Position numbers and translations under genes: made by a program. Positions 1 through 6,833 of a stretch of DNA of 24,782 nt are shown piece after piece. The DNA lies in IMG/VR virus record IMGVR_UViG_3300006120_000697, positions 1 to 24,782 of that record; one strand, written 5' to 3'. The notes under the pieces were generated by a model that had not been told where the DNA came from, ran no database searches, and saw only the letters and a list, made by a program, of their open reading frames with translations. Source of the stretch: a virus (lineage: Duplodnaviria; Caudoviricetes). Every line of letters starts with the position of its first letter. Position 1 is the first letter of the stretch.

Positions 1-759
1 TGTCACAGGCTGAAATTGATCTCCTACTAACTGAATAATAATCCAATCACCATCGTGTGTTTCACACAGGGCGGTACAACTTTCGACCCAGTCACCGGTA
101 TTACTGTACCAAATATCATCTATTAGTTTTATTTCAGGATTATGGACATGGCCTGCAATAACACCATCAAATCCTCGTTTTTTGGAATAGTCTGCTATTG
201 TTCGTTCAAACTTGAACATAAAATCTATGGCTTTTTTGACCTTATGCTTAAGAAACTTGCTAAGGCTCCAGTAGCCAAACCCAAGACGATGTCTGATCCA
301 ATTAAAACGACTATTAACTCCTAAAACAAAATCATATGCTTTATCTCCGAGAAAACTTAGCCAAGGTGCTAATCTAGTTATACCATCAAAAAGATCGCCG
401 TGTGTGACAAGATAGTGTTTACCGTCTACACCGATATGTTCTATTTGATTGCAGATTTCTACCTGTCCAAATGATACACCGTATGGTATCATAGGACGTA
501 AAAATTCATCGTGATTTCCAGCTACATATACAACTCTAGTACCACGTTTAGCGTGACCTAGTACACGTCTGACCACATTGGTGTGGCTTTGTTTCCATCT
601 TAGTTTATTTTGTTGTATTTTCCACGCATCTATGATATCTCCTACAAGATATAGCGTTTCACAGGAATTGTGTTTAAGAAAATTATTGAGTTCTTCGGCT
701 TTACAATCTTTTGTGCCTAGGTGGACATCGCTGATAAAAATTGAGCGGTAAGTCTTCAT
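1..759 (-). CDS. Calcineurin-like metallophosphoesterase, UDP-2,3-diacylglucosamine hydrolase (LpxH/YbbF)-like; runs off the left edge
   Basis: Not in the ORF track. Hand translation from ATG 759: MKTYRSIFISDVHLG...LVGDIID...AGNHD...THGD...IAGHVH...NTGDW, the full MPP motif set. GNHD rather than the GNRD of true LpxH. Confidence 0.9.
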   Translation of the reverse strand, partial: MKTYRSIFISDVHLGTKDCKAEELNNFLKHNSCETLYLVGDIIDAWKIQQNKLRWKQSHTNVVRRVLGHAKRGTRVVYVAGNHDEFLRPMIPYGVSFGQVEICNQIEHIGVDGKHYLVTHGDLFDGITRLAPWLSFLGDKAYDFVLGVNSRFNWIRHRLGFGYWSLSKFLKHKVKKAIDFMFKFERTIADYSKKRGFDGVIAGHVHNPEIKLIDDIWYSNTGDWVESCTALCETHDGDWIIIQLVGDQFQPVT

Positions 760-781
760 ATAACTATATTTACCGCTCAAT
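740..781 (-). promoter_or_regulatory. TAAATA late promoter (767-772) within a perfect 12-bp hairpin enclosing the start codon of the metallophosphoesterase
   Basis: ATTGAGCGGTAA (740-751) / TTACCGCTCAAT (770-781); the ATG at 757-759 lies in the loop. Confidence 0.75.
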
Positions 782-795
782 ATATTACAATTATG

Positions 796-900
796 TTACA
801 ACTGTTCTTCGTCTTTATTTTTCTTTTGTGATATAACCTCTTCTAGCACTAGATATATTATCACAAGAATTAATCCTATTCCTATAATTGGTCCTATCAT
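796..900 (-). CDS. 34-aa single-TM microprotein
   Basis: MIGPIIGIGLILVIIYLVLEEVISQKKNKDEEQL*, preceded by SD AAGGAG. Confidence 0.7.
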   Translation of the reverse strand: MIGPIIGIGLILVIIYLVLEEVISQKKNKDEEQL

Positions 901-914
901 AATTAACTCCTTAA

Positions 915-1046
915 TTACCTAACTGCTTCCGTATGTTTGTGTTTAAAACTTTTCTTAAGAAGTTTAAACCAGAACTTTTTTGCCTTAGCAAGTTTATGTT
1001 GCATCTCTGCCTTGTTAAGTTTTAAAATTAATTTTTTCACTTTCAT
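915..1046 (-). CDS. 43-aa highly basic microprotein
   Basis: MKVKKLILKLNKAEMQHKLAKAKKFWFKLLKKSFKHKHTEAVR*, SD AGGAGG, TATAAATA box at 1067-1074. Confidence 0.75.
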   Translation of the reverse strand: MKVKKLILKLNKAEMQHKLAKAKKFWFKLLKKSFKHKHTEAVR

Positions 1047-1074
1047 GGTATTACCCTCCTGGAAAGTATTTATA

Positions 1075-1536
1075 TTATTGCTGTGCACGTTCTTGAAGGT
1101 ATGTTTCGTTGTGAATCCATTTATTGTTTACCAAAAATCCCCATTCACGTTTATGAGGACCTGGCATAAACAATGTATAACAGGTTACGTTTGGATCTAA
1201 TTCAATACGATGGTAACTTGTAGCACCACAGGTCCTAAAACTACCTGCACCTCTCCATTTAGCAACTTCACAGGTCATTTTACCATCTGCATTAAATTGC
1301 GGAATCCATTCGTAATATCCGCCTTTTAGAATAAGAGTAGCGTATGGCCAAGGATGATCGTGAACATCATCAGGATCTGATTTTAAAAATTTATGGATGA
1401 ACACATTGAATGGAAACCATTTACGATCTTTTAGGAAAATATAGTAACGTTCCAAATATGGTTCGTTATTTTGACGATCCATTACAACACGTTTTCTGCC
1501 CCAACGTTCTAGCAGATTTAAAAATTTTTCAAACAT
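1075..1536 (-). CDS. Cupin-fold phage protein
   Basis: HDHPW...GGYYE...HRI metal-binding motifs. Start moved to ATG 1536 (MFEKF; SD GGAG) because the longer ORF overlaps its own promoter. Confidence 0.75.
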   Translation of the reverse strand: MFEKFLNLLERWGRKRVVMDRQNNEPYLERYYIFLKDRKWFPFNVFIHKFLKSDPDDVHDHPWPYATLILKGGYYEWIPQFNADGKMTCEVAKWRGAGSFRTCGATSYHRIELDPNVTCYTLFMPGPHKREWGFLVNNKWIHNETYLQERAQQ

Positions 1537-1566
1537 AATATAACTCCGGATATTTGTAATAGTACA

Positions 1567-1595
1567 ATTATACAAGAATATTTGTATGTTGTCAA
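1567..1595 (-). promoter_or_regulatory. Perfect sigma70-type (early) promoter
   Basis: TTGACA-17 nt-TATAAT. Confidence 0.85.
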
Positions 1596-1603
1596 ATGAT
1601 TTC

Positions 1604-1630
1604 AAAAAGAAACCCGCCGAAGCGGGTTCT
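1604..1630 (-). terminator. Rho-independent terminator ending the tmRNA transcript
   Basis: AACCCGC-TTCG-GCGGGTT followed by TCTTTTT; C(UUCG)G tetraloop. Confidence 0.9.
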
Positions 1631-1631
1631 G

Positions 1632-1950
1632 CTATTTTTGGTTACAAGGCATAACTGCCTCGCTATTAGGCGTTTGAGGCCAATAGGAATGTATCGTCGT
1701 TTGCGATTACTTTATTTTCTTCTTTTTACATCGTTGCTGATGTGTTGCCGTCTCTACTATCTAGCCCAATCGATTACCAGAGCAGGCCCACCGAAATACA
1801 CTATGGTTTATTAAGTATGCGGGCTATGCCTAACGCAGTGACTGGGATACCAAACCCGATCTTGTTATAGATTCTAATATACTTTGGTGGACCTGGCCGG
1901 ATTTGAACCGGCGTCTTGAACTCCTTCGCTTTGAAGGGATTACAACAATT
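1632..1950 (-). ncRNA. ssrA: Circularly permuted (two-piece) tmRNA: acceptor piece ~1950-1885, intervening segment 1884-1790, coding piece 1789-~1632; tag ANDDTFLLASNA
   Basis: T-arm/CCA end GACGCCGGTTCAAATCCGGCCAGGTCCACCA precedes the 5' end GGGCCTGCTCTGGTAATCGA. Acceptor stem GGGCCTG/CAGGTCC has G3:U70. Inter-piece helices TTGGGCT/AGTTCAA and ACGGCAA/TTGTTGT. Tag frame 1704-1666 ends TAA TAG. Confidence 0.93.
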
Positions 1951-1953
1951 CTT

Positions 1954-2115
1954 TTAATGTCGATGTACAATTAATTCTTGTACATCAGCACCGTAAACAC
2001 TTTCAACATCGCTGTTATCTAAAATGGTTTTTGTCAACGTTTTAGCAATTGATTCGGCATCTTTTGAATCTTTAGCATCAACCTCTATACATAACATAAT
2101 ATTGAATTTTTTCAT
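1954..2115 (-). CDS. 53-aa hypothetical protein
   Basis: MKKFNIMLCIEVDAKDSKDAESIAK...LIVHRH*; ATGA overlap with the upstream ORF. Confidence 0.65.
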   Translation of the reverse strand: MKKFNIMLCIEVDAKDSKDAESIAKTLTKTILDNSDVESVYGADVQELIVHRH

Positions 2116-2198
2116 CTGTAATTATTATACCAATCCCATAGCCAACATCCAAATATAATGAGGACTATAAGAAAACCTAAAATAACATCATCAATCAT
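2112..2198 (-). CDS. 28-aa single-TM microprotein
   Basis: MIDDVILGFLIVLIIFGCWLWDWYNNYR*; fills the gap exactly and abuts both neighbours. Confidence 0.6.
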   Translation of the reverse strand: MIDDVILGFLIVLIIFGCWLWDWYNNYR

Positions 2199-2199
2199 A

Positions 2200-2523
2200 T
2201 TAGTTTGGCACCGCTACAACTTGCTTAACGCCAGTTTGCGGATTTACCATCTCTTGCCAATGATAACCTACAGGTGGTGCTTGTACAACGGTTTGTGGTT
2301 GTTGTACAATGACTGGTTGTTGCTCAACAACCACTGTATTTGGTTGAGCTAGTTCATATCCCACTACACCTCCAATGAGTGCAGGAGCTACCCAACATCC
2401 GCCGCATCCATAGCCACCGTGGTAATAACCACCGTGCCAACCAAATGCACGATATGGACCGTGTGCTTGTGCTGAACCAACAAACGCTAGTGCTAACAAA
2501 CTTGCTAGAATAATCTTTTTCAT
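2200..2523 (-). CDS. Exported Gly/Tyr/Pro-rich protein
   Basis: Signal peptide MKKIILASLLALAFVGSAQA (start 2523, SD AAGGAG), GWHGGYY repeats, hydrophobic ALIGGVVG, QQP-rich tail. Confidence 0.8.
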   Translation of the reverse strand: MKKIILASLLALAFVGSAQAHGPYRAFGWHGGYYHGGYGCGGCWVAPALIGGVVGYELAQPNTVVVEQQPVIVQQPQTVVQAPPVGYHWQEMVNPQTGVKQVVAVPN

Positions 2524-2533
2524 ATTAGTCTCC

Positions 2534-2935
2534 TTATTGGGCAAATTGTTGAGTAAACAATTGTCCACGATAGTTAAAGGTCACTGTAGACCCTTGTTGA
2601 ACAGTCACTGGAACATATGCACATACCTGACGTACTTCTGATCTAGCACTGTCTTTACCAACATCATTGCCAATGGCACCACCAACCAACGCACCGACAA
2701 CACCTCCGACTAACCTGTCTTTACTGTTGCCGCCAATTGTGCTACCAATTGCGCCTCCGGCCAATGCACCAATTGTGGCATCGCCTCGGCTATTATCACG
2801 GGATACTTCACGCATTTCACATTGACGTTGTTGTACTGTAACATAGCGTGGTTGAACACTAACTACTGTAGCAACTTCTTGTGCTATTGCTAGACTGCCG
2901 ACTGTTAACAAAATTAATGACAGAAATTTTTTCAT
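2534..2935 (-). CDS. Glycine-zipper 2TM exported protein (YcfJ-like)
   Basis: Signal peptide; GALAGGAIG...GALVGGAIG zipper flanked by two Cys. Confidence 0.85.
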   Translation of the reverse strand: MKKFLSLILLTVGSLAIAQEVATVVSVQPRYVTVQQRQCEMREVSRDNSRGDATIGALAGGAIGSTIGGNSKDRLVGGVVGALVGGAIGNDVGKDSARSEVRQVCAYVPVTVQQGSTVTFNYRGQLFTQQFAQ

Positions 2936-2949
2936 AATATATCCTAAAT

Positions 2950-3050
2950 TTTTTATCGGACTCCGTAGGGCGTGTGGGTCCTCCGACTAGACTGATAGGT
3001 TTCTCACCTAACTGCTATCTGCTATGCAGAATATGCCCCTATCAGATCAT
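2950..3050 (-). ncRNA. Candidate structured 5' leader RNA
   Basis: GC-richer 100 nt between promoter and SD: CTGATAGG/CCTATCAG, TCTGC-ATA-GCAGA, TAGG-TGAGAAA-CCTA, TCGGA/TCCGA. Confidence 0.55.
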
Positions 3051-3051
3051 A

Positions 3052-3085
3052 TATTTATTATATGAGAATCTCATAATAGTGTCAA
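3052..3085 (-). promoter_or_regulatory. Composite promoter: perfect sigma70 plus overlapping TAAATA, with a 7-1-7 palindrome in the spacer
   Basis: TTGACA-17-TATAAT-AAATA; TATGAGA-n-TCTCATA at 3061-3075. Confidence 0.85.
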
Positions 3086-3333
3086 CCAGTGGTTATTTTG
3101 GAACTACCATCGTTAACAGTTTGACCTCTTGATGTAACCGATCCTGCAACTGCAATTAATTTGCCATTGGCATACACTTTTGGAGAAGGAGAACTAACAA
3201 TAACAGCACCTGATGCTGTTTTGGACCCAACTTTGGCTATTTGGTGATTTTCCAAAAATACAGTTTGTTCTGGGTCAGACACAATAAGATCAATGCCGGC
3301 TGTGTCAACACCTACTCGAGCAACCCTTGGCAT
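3082..3333 (-). CDS. PAAR-like spike-tip protein (T4 gp5.4-like)
   Basis: Three degenerate repeats VARVG / IAKVG / IAVAG, VYANG, C-terminal GSSKI. Confidence 0.75.
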   Translation of the reverse strand: MPRVARVGVDTAGIDLIVSDPEQTVFLENHQIAKVGSKTASGAVIVSSPSPKVYANGKLIAVAGSVTSRGQTVNDGSSKITTG

Positions 3334-4001
3334 TATACTTTAGCCTTTATATCTTCAATGGCTTTTGAAGGGCTATCTAACCCTAGCACATCACCAAGTA
3401 ACCAACCTTTGGCATCTTTGAAATATTGTTCGGTTGTTTGATAGACTGCGGAACTAGCAATCCAATCTTCAATATTGTTTACAGAATCACTGATTTTTTT
3501 AGAAATTATATTTTGTGCCTGTGTTTCTGTATGAATAATAAATCCATCAGTTACTTCTTGTTTTATCTGAGATTTAACATCACTAGTATCAGATTCTACT
3601 TGCGTTAGAACTTCTTGTTGTCCATTTGCTGATAATGATCGCTTTGTTAATGCGATATCAAAATTATTTTTCTTAATCTGACTAGCTGCCGCAGCCTGTT
3701 GAGTCGAAATAGCATCTGTCACCGCCGTTGACACACCACCGATTGCTGAATTAAGATTAGAAGTTGCTCCAGCTATTTTAGTTACATTATCTGCCGCACG
3801 ACTTGTACTATTTTGCAATGCTTCTAATGTTATCTGCATTAGTTTTAATTGCCCAATCAACAATGCATTTTGCGCTATCATAGTTGAACTAACTCCTTCA
3901 ATTGCCGTAGCAATAGCTGTAAGTTCAACTGTGTTATCTATAGCTGTAAAGGCTCCGGCACCACCGGTTGCCCCCATTGGTGTAGTAATTGGCGTTCCCA
4001 T
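3333..4001 (-). CDS. Hypothetical Ala/Thr-rich helical protein, probably virion-associated
   Basis: SD AGGAG, TAAATA at 4020-4025, TAATG coupling to the PAAR gene. Confidence 0.6.
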   Translation of the reverse strand: MGTPITTPMGATGGAGAFTAIDNTVELTAIATAIEGVSSTMIAQNALLIGQLKLMQITLEALQNSTSRAADNVTKIAGATSNLNSAIGGVSTAVTDAISTQQAAAASQIKKNNFDIALTKRSLSANGQQEVLTQVESDTSDVKSQIKQEVTDGFIIHTETQAQNIISKKISDSVNNIEDWIASSAVYQTTEQYFKDAKGWLLGDVLGLDSPSKAIEDIKAKV

Positions 4002-4022
4002 ATTGTTCTCCTAATATATTAT

Positions 4023-4310
4023 TTAACGAAGAGCAATACCAGTTGTTCCTTGAGTATACTGATCCGCGGCGTCTTTTTTACTAATCACCATTGCTAGGAT
4101 GTGTTCTTTCTTTAATGTAACATTATCATCATTGCCCAACAACATCCAAGGCATCATTCCTAATCCGCCTTGCGCCATTGTAAGTGCTAGTGGACGGTTA
4201 ACTTTAACATCCATCAAATTATCTTCATCTAAACGAGCAATTAATTCATCGCCGTTAACTAGTTTGATACTTACTACATCTCCAGAAGAGATACCTTTAT
4301 TGATTAACAT
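4023..4310 (-). CDS. Small phage protein, possible Sm/SH3-like beta-barrel
   Basis: GDVVSIKLVNGDELIARL beta pattern; SD AAGGA. Fold is an inference. Confidence 0.55.
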   Translation of the reverse strand: MLINKGISSGDVVSIKLVNGDELIARLDEDNLMDVKVNRPLALTMAQGGLGMMPWMLLGNDDNVTLKKEHILAMVISKKDAADQYTQGTTGIALR

Positions 4311-4319
4311 ATTTTTCCT

Positions 4320-4868
4320 TTATTTTGGTTCTTCTTTTACTGGCAAAGAACATAATGCTTCTAGTGTTTTGTAGTGTTCGTAGGCTTTTTTAAGTGCTTC
4401 GAAATGCTCTAATTTTTCAAGATCTGGTTGTAGTATAGCAAGTCTATCCTCAATGGATTCTAATAATTTAACTAGACTGCGGCCTTTCCATTTAATATCA
4501 CCATCAAAGTTTGCATCACCGTGTACTTCAAGGGTTGAGCTAGCCGGAGAAGTTGAATAACTAGTACCGTTAAGTCCGTTATTAATTGAGGAAGACCAAT
4601 AAGGTGATCCTGTTCCTACTATATAGCCTGCTTGATAACCTATAGCGGTATTATTACATCCAGGTGTGCCCATTGTACTAATAGAAATATTATTCATTAT
4701 AGATGATAGATCAATTGTAATAGATTCCGACTCTGAGGTTATACTAATGTCATCAGTTATTTCACCAATTTCTTGAGCAATTACACCGTCGCTGGTCCAT
4801 TCAAATTCAGCAGGATTTATTTTATCTAACGCCTTTTTGAGTTGATCAAATTTATCATCATCATCCAT
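4320..4868 (-). CDS. Hypothetical protein (Ser/Thr-rich linker, C-terminal helical region)
   Basis: Open 182-aa ORF overlapping the glutaredoxin stop. Confidence 0.7.
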   Translation of the reverse strand: MDDDDKFDQLKKALDKINPAEFEWTSDGVIAQEIGEITDDISITSESESITIDLSSIMNNISISTMGTPGCNNTAIGYQAGYIVGTGSPYWSSSINNGLNGTSYSTSPASSTLEVHGDANFDGDIKWKGRSLVKLLESIEDRLAILQPDLEKLEHFEALKKAYEHYKTLEALCSLPVKEEPK

Positions 4869-5085
4869 TTAGATGTTCCCTGAGTTCAGTGAATCCTCCG
4901 ATTAAGTTTCCATCTAGAAAAATTTGAGGAACGGTGCGAGCTGTCGGTACTGCTTCTAATAGTTCTTCTTTTGTGTAACCATCACCAATTTTCTTTTCTT
5001 CATAAGGAATTCCCTTATTGTCTAATAATGCTTTTGCTTGTTCACAAAATGTACAATTATACTTACTCCATACTACTGCTTTCAT
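4861..5085 (-). CDS. Glutaredoxin
   Basis: CTFC active site, TVPQIF, IGGF; start MKAVVW at 5085 with SD AAGGAG; beside nrdAB. Confidence 0.93.
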   Translation of the reverse strand: MKAVVWSKYNCTFCEQAKALLDNKGIPYEEKKIGDGYTKEELLEAVPTARTVPQIFLDGNLIGGFTELREHLNG

Positions 5086-5095
5086 TGTATTCTCC

Positions 5096-5557
5096 TTATG
5101 CGTTAGTTGTATCATATGTCTGGGCAAAGATGTCTTTTTTCACTACACCATAATCATTAGGACCGTGCCGTACAATATAATCTTCACCTGTATTATAGTT
5201 TAGCTTTTCACCCCAACTGGTGTCAACACTTCCTGAACAATCAGCAAGTTTAGCCATCTTGATTATTTTTTTAGGTGTGCACACACCATTGCCTAAATCA
5301 TCTTTGAGCTCTTTAAATCTTTCTGGACTAATTGGATATTGTTCACCTTTTGGACCTGTCATAATATAATAACCTGCTGGATAATTGACTGGACCTTCTA
5401 ATGTTTCAATAGTACCCGGCTCGTTGGCTATTTCATATTTTTCTTTAGCAGGTTTTTTGTAGGTTTCAAATCCGCCATTTTTAAACCAATCATCATTGAT
5501 TTTGTTTTCAGATTCTACAACCATATCGATATATTCTCGTAATGTTTTCATAATCAT
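5096..5557 (-). CDS. PGDYG-family-like protein with two tandem repeats and a capsid-targeting-like N-terminus
   Basis: TLEG...GYYI..GPKGEQYP and GEDYIV...PNDYGVVKKDIFAQTY; start at 5557 or 5551 (MKTLREYIDMVVES). Confidence 0.7.
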   Translation of the reverse strand: MIMKTLREYIDMVVESENKINDDWFKNGGFETYKKPAKEKYEIANEPGTIETLEGPVNYPAGYYIMTGPKGEQYPISPERFKELKDDLGNGVCTPKKIIKMAKLADCSGSVDTSWGEKLNYNTGEDYIVRHGPNDYGVVKKDIFAQTYDTTNA

Positions 5558-6648
5558 AATTCTGGTAATTCACTGTATTCCATTTTATCACTCATCACAC
5601 CGATAACATAGTTTGTACTTTCGTTTTCTTGTAATGCTGTTTGTTTCTTATTAATATTAACGTGCTTGTTAAACCAAGGAATAGGACTTTGTCTAGGATG
5701 TTCTTCCCTGTACTTAATTCCAATTTCTTTGAGTCTTGTAAATGCTGTATAATCTACAAAATCTCTTAGGATGGTAGCATTAAGTCCGATTACAGGACCT
5801 TTGGTAAACAAATAATCTGCCCAAGATTTTTCTTCTTCTATAACTTCTGCGTATAAAGAGTATACTGCTTCTGTACACTCACTGTCGAGTTTTTCAAAAT
5901 CAGGGTCGTCTTTGACAACTTGGTTGATTAGCCAGGCTGTCCACTCAGCGTGTAATAGTTCATCTTGTAAAATTAAACTAATGATATTACCATTACCGAT
6001 ATAGATTTTATTTTCAACCATTGCTAGGCTTGTAGCAAAGCTAACCATAAAACGCAAAGCCTCAAGAGCATAACTTGCGTGTAGTGCCATCCATATTGCT
6101 CGCTTATGTTCGTATGGATCAATTTGTTCGCCCACTTCCTTGCGAGAATTAAGAATGTGTAAATCTTCATAATACCTGCCAATACTGGCCGCCATATCTA
6201 TAATTTCTTTGGTATCGTGAATTGATTCAAATACTTCTTTGGGTACTCCATAGACATTACGAATAATGTGACTATAACTCTTAGAATGAATATTGGTTTC
6301 AAAGAAACTCCAATTACTGATCAATGCTTCTAGTTCTGGAATACTAACAACAGGTCCAAACACCTGATTTGGTGCACGACCTTGAATACTATCCAATGCA
6401 GTTTGTCTTAGAAGGTTACTGGTAAAGATATGTTTAACAGCGTCACTGGCTTCTTTATGATCCATCTTGTCTTTGGTAAGACTAATTTCTTCAGGAACCC
6501 AAAAGAATCCTCTAGCCAATTCTTCAAACTTGGCTATTTTAGGATAGCGAAATTCTTCAAATCTTTGTACCGTAACTGTGCCATCTAAAAACATTTTTCT
6601 TTTTAGATAATTTGTCTGTGTCGTTAAATCGTATTGTTCTTTGCTCAT
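5554..6648 (-). CDS. nrdB: Ribonucleotide reductase class Ia beta subunit
   Basis: FFWVPEEI, LDSIQGR, ETNIHSKSY (radical Tyr), LEALRF, DELLH, QENESTNY. Confidence 0.97.
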   Translation of the reverse strand: MSKEQYDLTTQTNYLKRKMFLDGTVTVQRFEEFRYPKIAKFEELARGFFWVPEEISLTKDKMDHKEASDAVKHIFTSNLLRQTALDSIQGRAPNQVFGPVVSIPELEALISNWSFFETNIHSKSYSHIIRNVYGVPKEVFESIHDTKEIIDMAASIGRYYEDLHILNSRKEVGEQIDPYEHKRAIWMALHASYALEALRFMVSFATSLAMVENKIYIGNGNIISLILQDELLHAEWTAWLINQVVKDDPDFEKLDSECTEAVYSLYAEVIEEEKSWADYLFTKGPVIGLNATILRDFVDYTAFTRLKEIGIKYREEHPRQSPIPWFNKHVNINKKQTALQENESTNYVIGVMSDKMEYSELPEL

Positions 6649-6833
6649 TTTATTTTTAATATTATTTTATGGTCTTCGGTAACCAACGTATCCACAGCCT
6701 TTAATTCTCCGTTGACTTCTACATAAACAGGAACTACTGGCCATTCTTTTTTAACAAATCCGCCACTTGGATTGATAATCAATGATCGCCACGCATCTAT
6801 AATTTTAGTATGTAGATCATAGGCGTCAATCAT
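6645..6833 (-). CDS. 62-aa hypothetical protein between nrdA and nrdB
   Basis: ATGA overlaps at both ends. Confidence 0.7.
   Translation of the reverse strand: MIDAYDLHTKIIDAWRSLIINPSGGFVKKEWPVVPVYVEVNGELKAVDTLVTEDHKIILKIK

Noticed and set aside
142-1200. Plus-strand ORFs 142-324 and 937-1200
   Set aside because: Shadows of well-supported minus-strand genes.
1596-1814. 72-aa plus-strand ORF
   Set aside because: Antisense to the tmRNA and its terminator; no SD or protein-like features.
1885-1915. Stand-alone tRNA
   Set aside because: Only a T-arm and acceptor 3' strand are present; the partner strand lies downstream, which the permuted tmRNA explains.
4625-4660. NNTAIGYQAG adhesin/fibre-type repeat unit
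   Set aside because: Single copy in a low-complexity linker; insufficient for a functional call.
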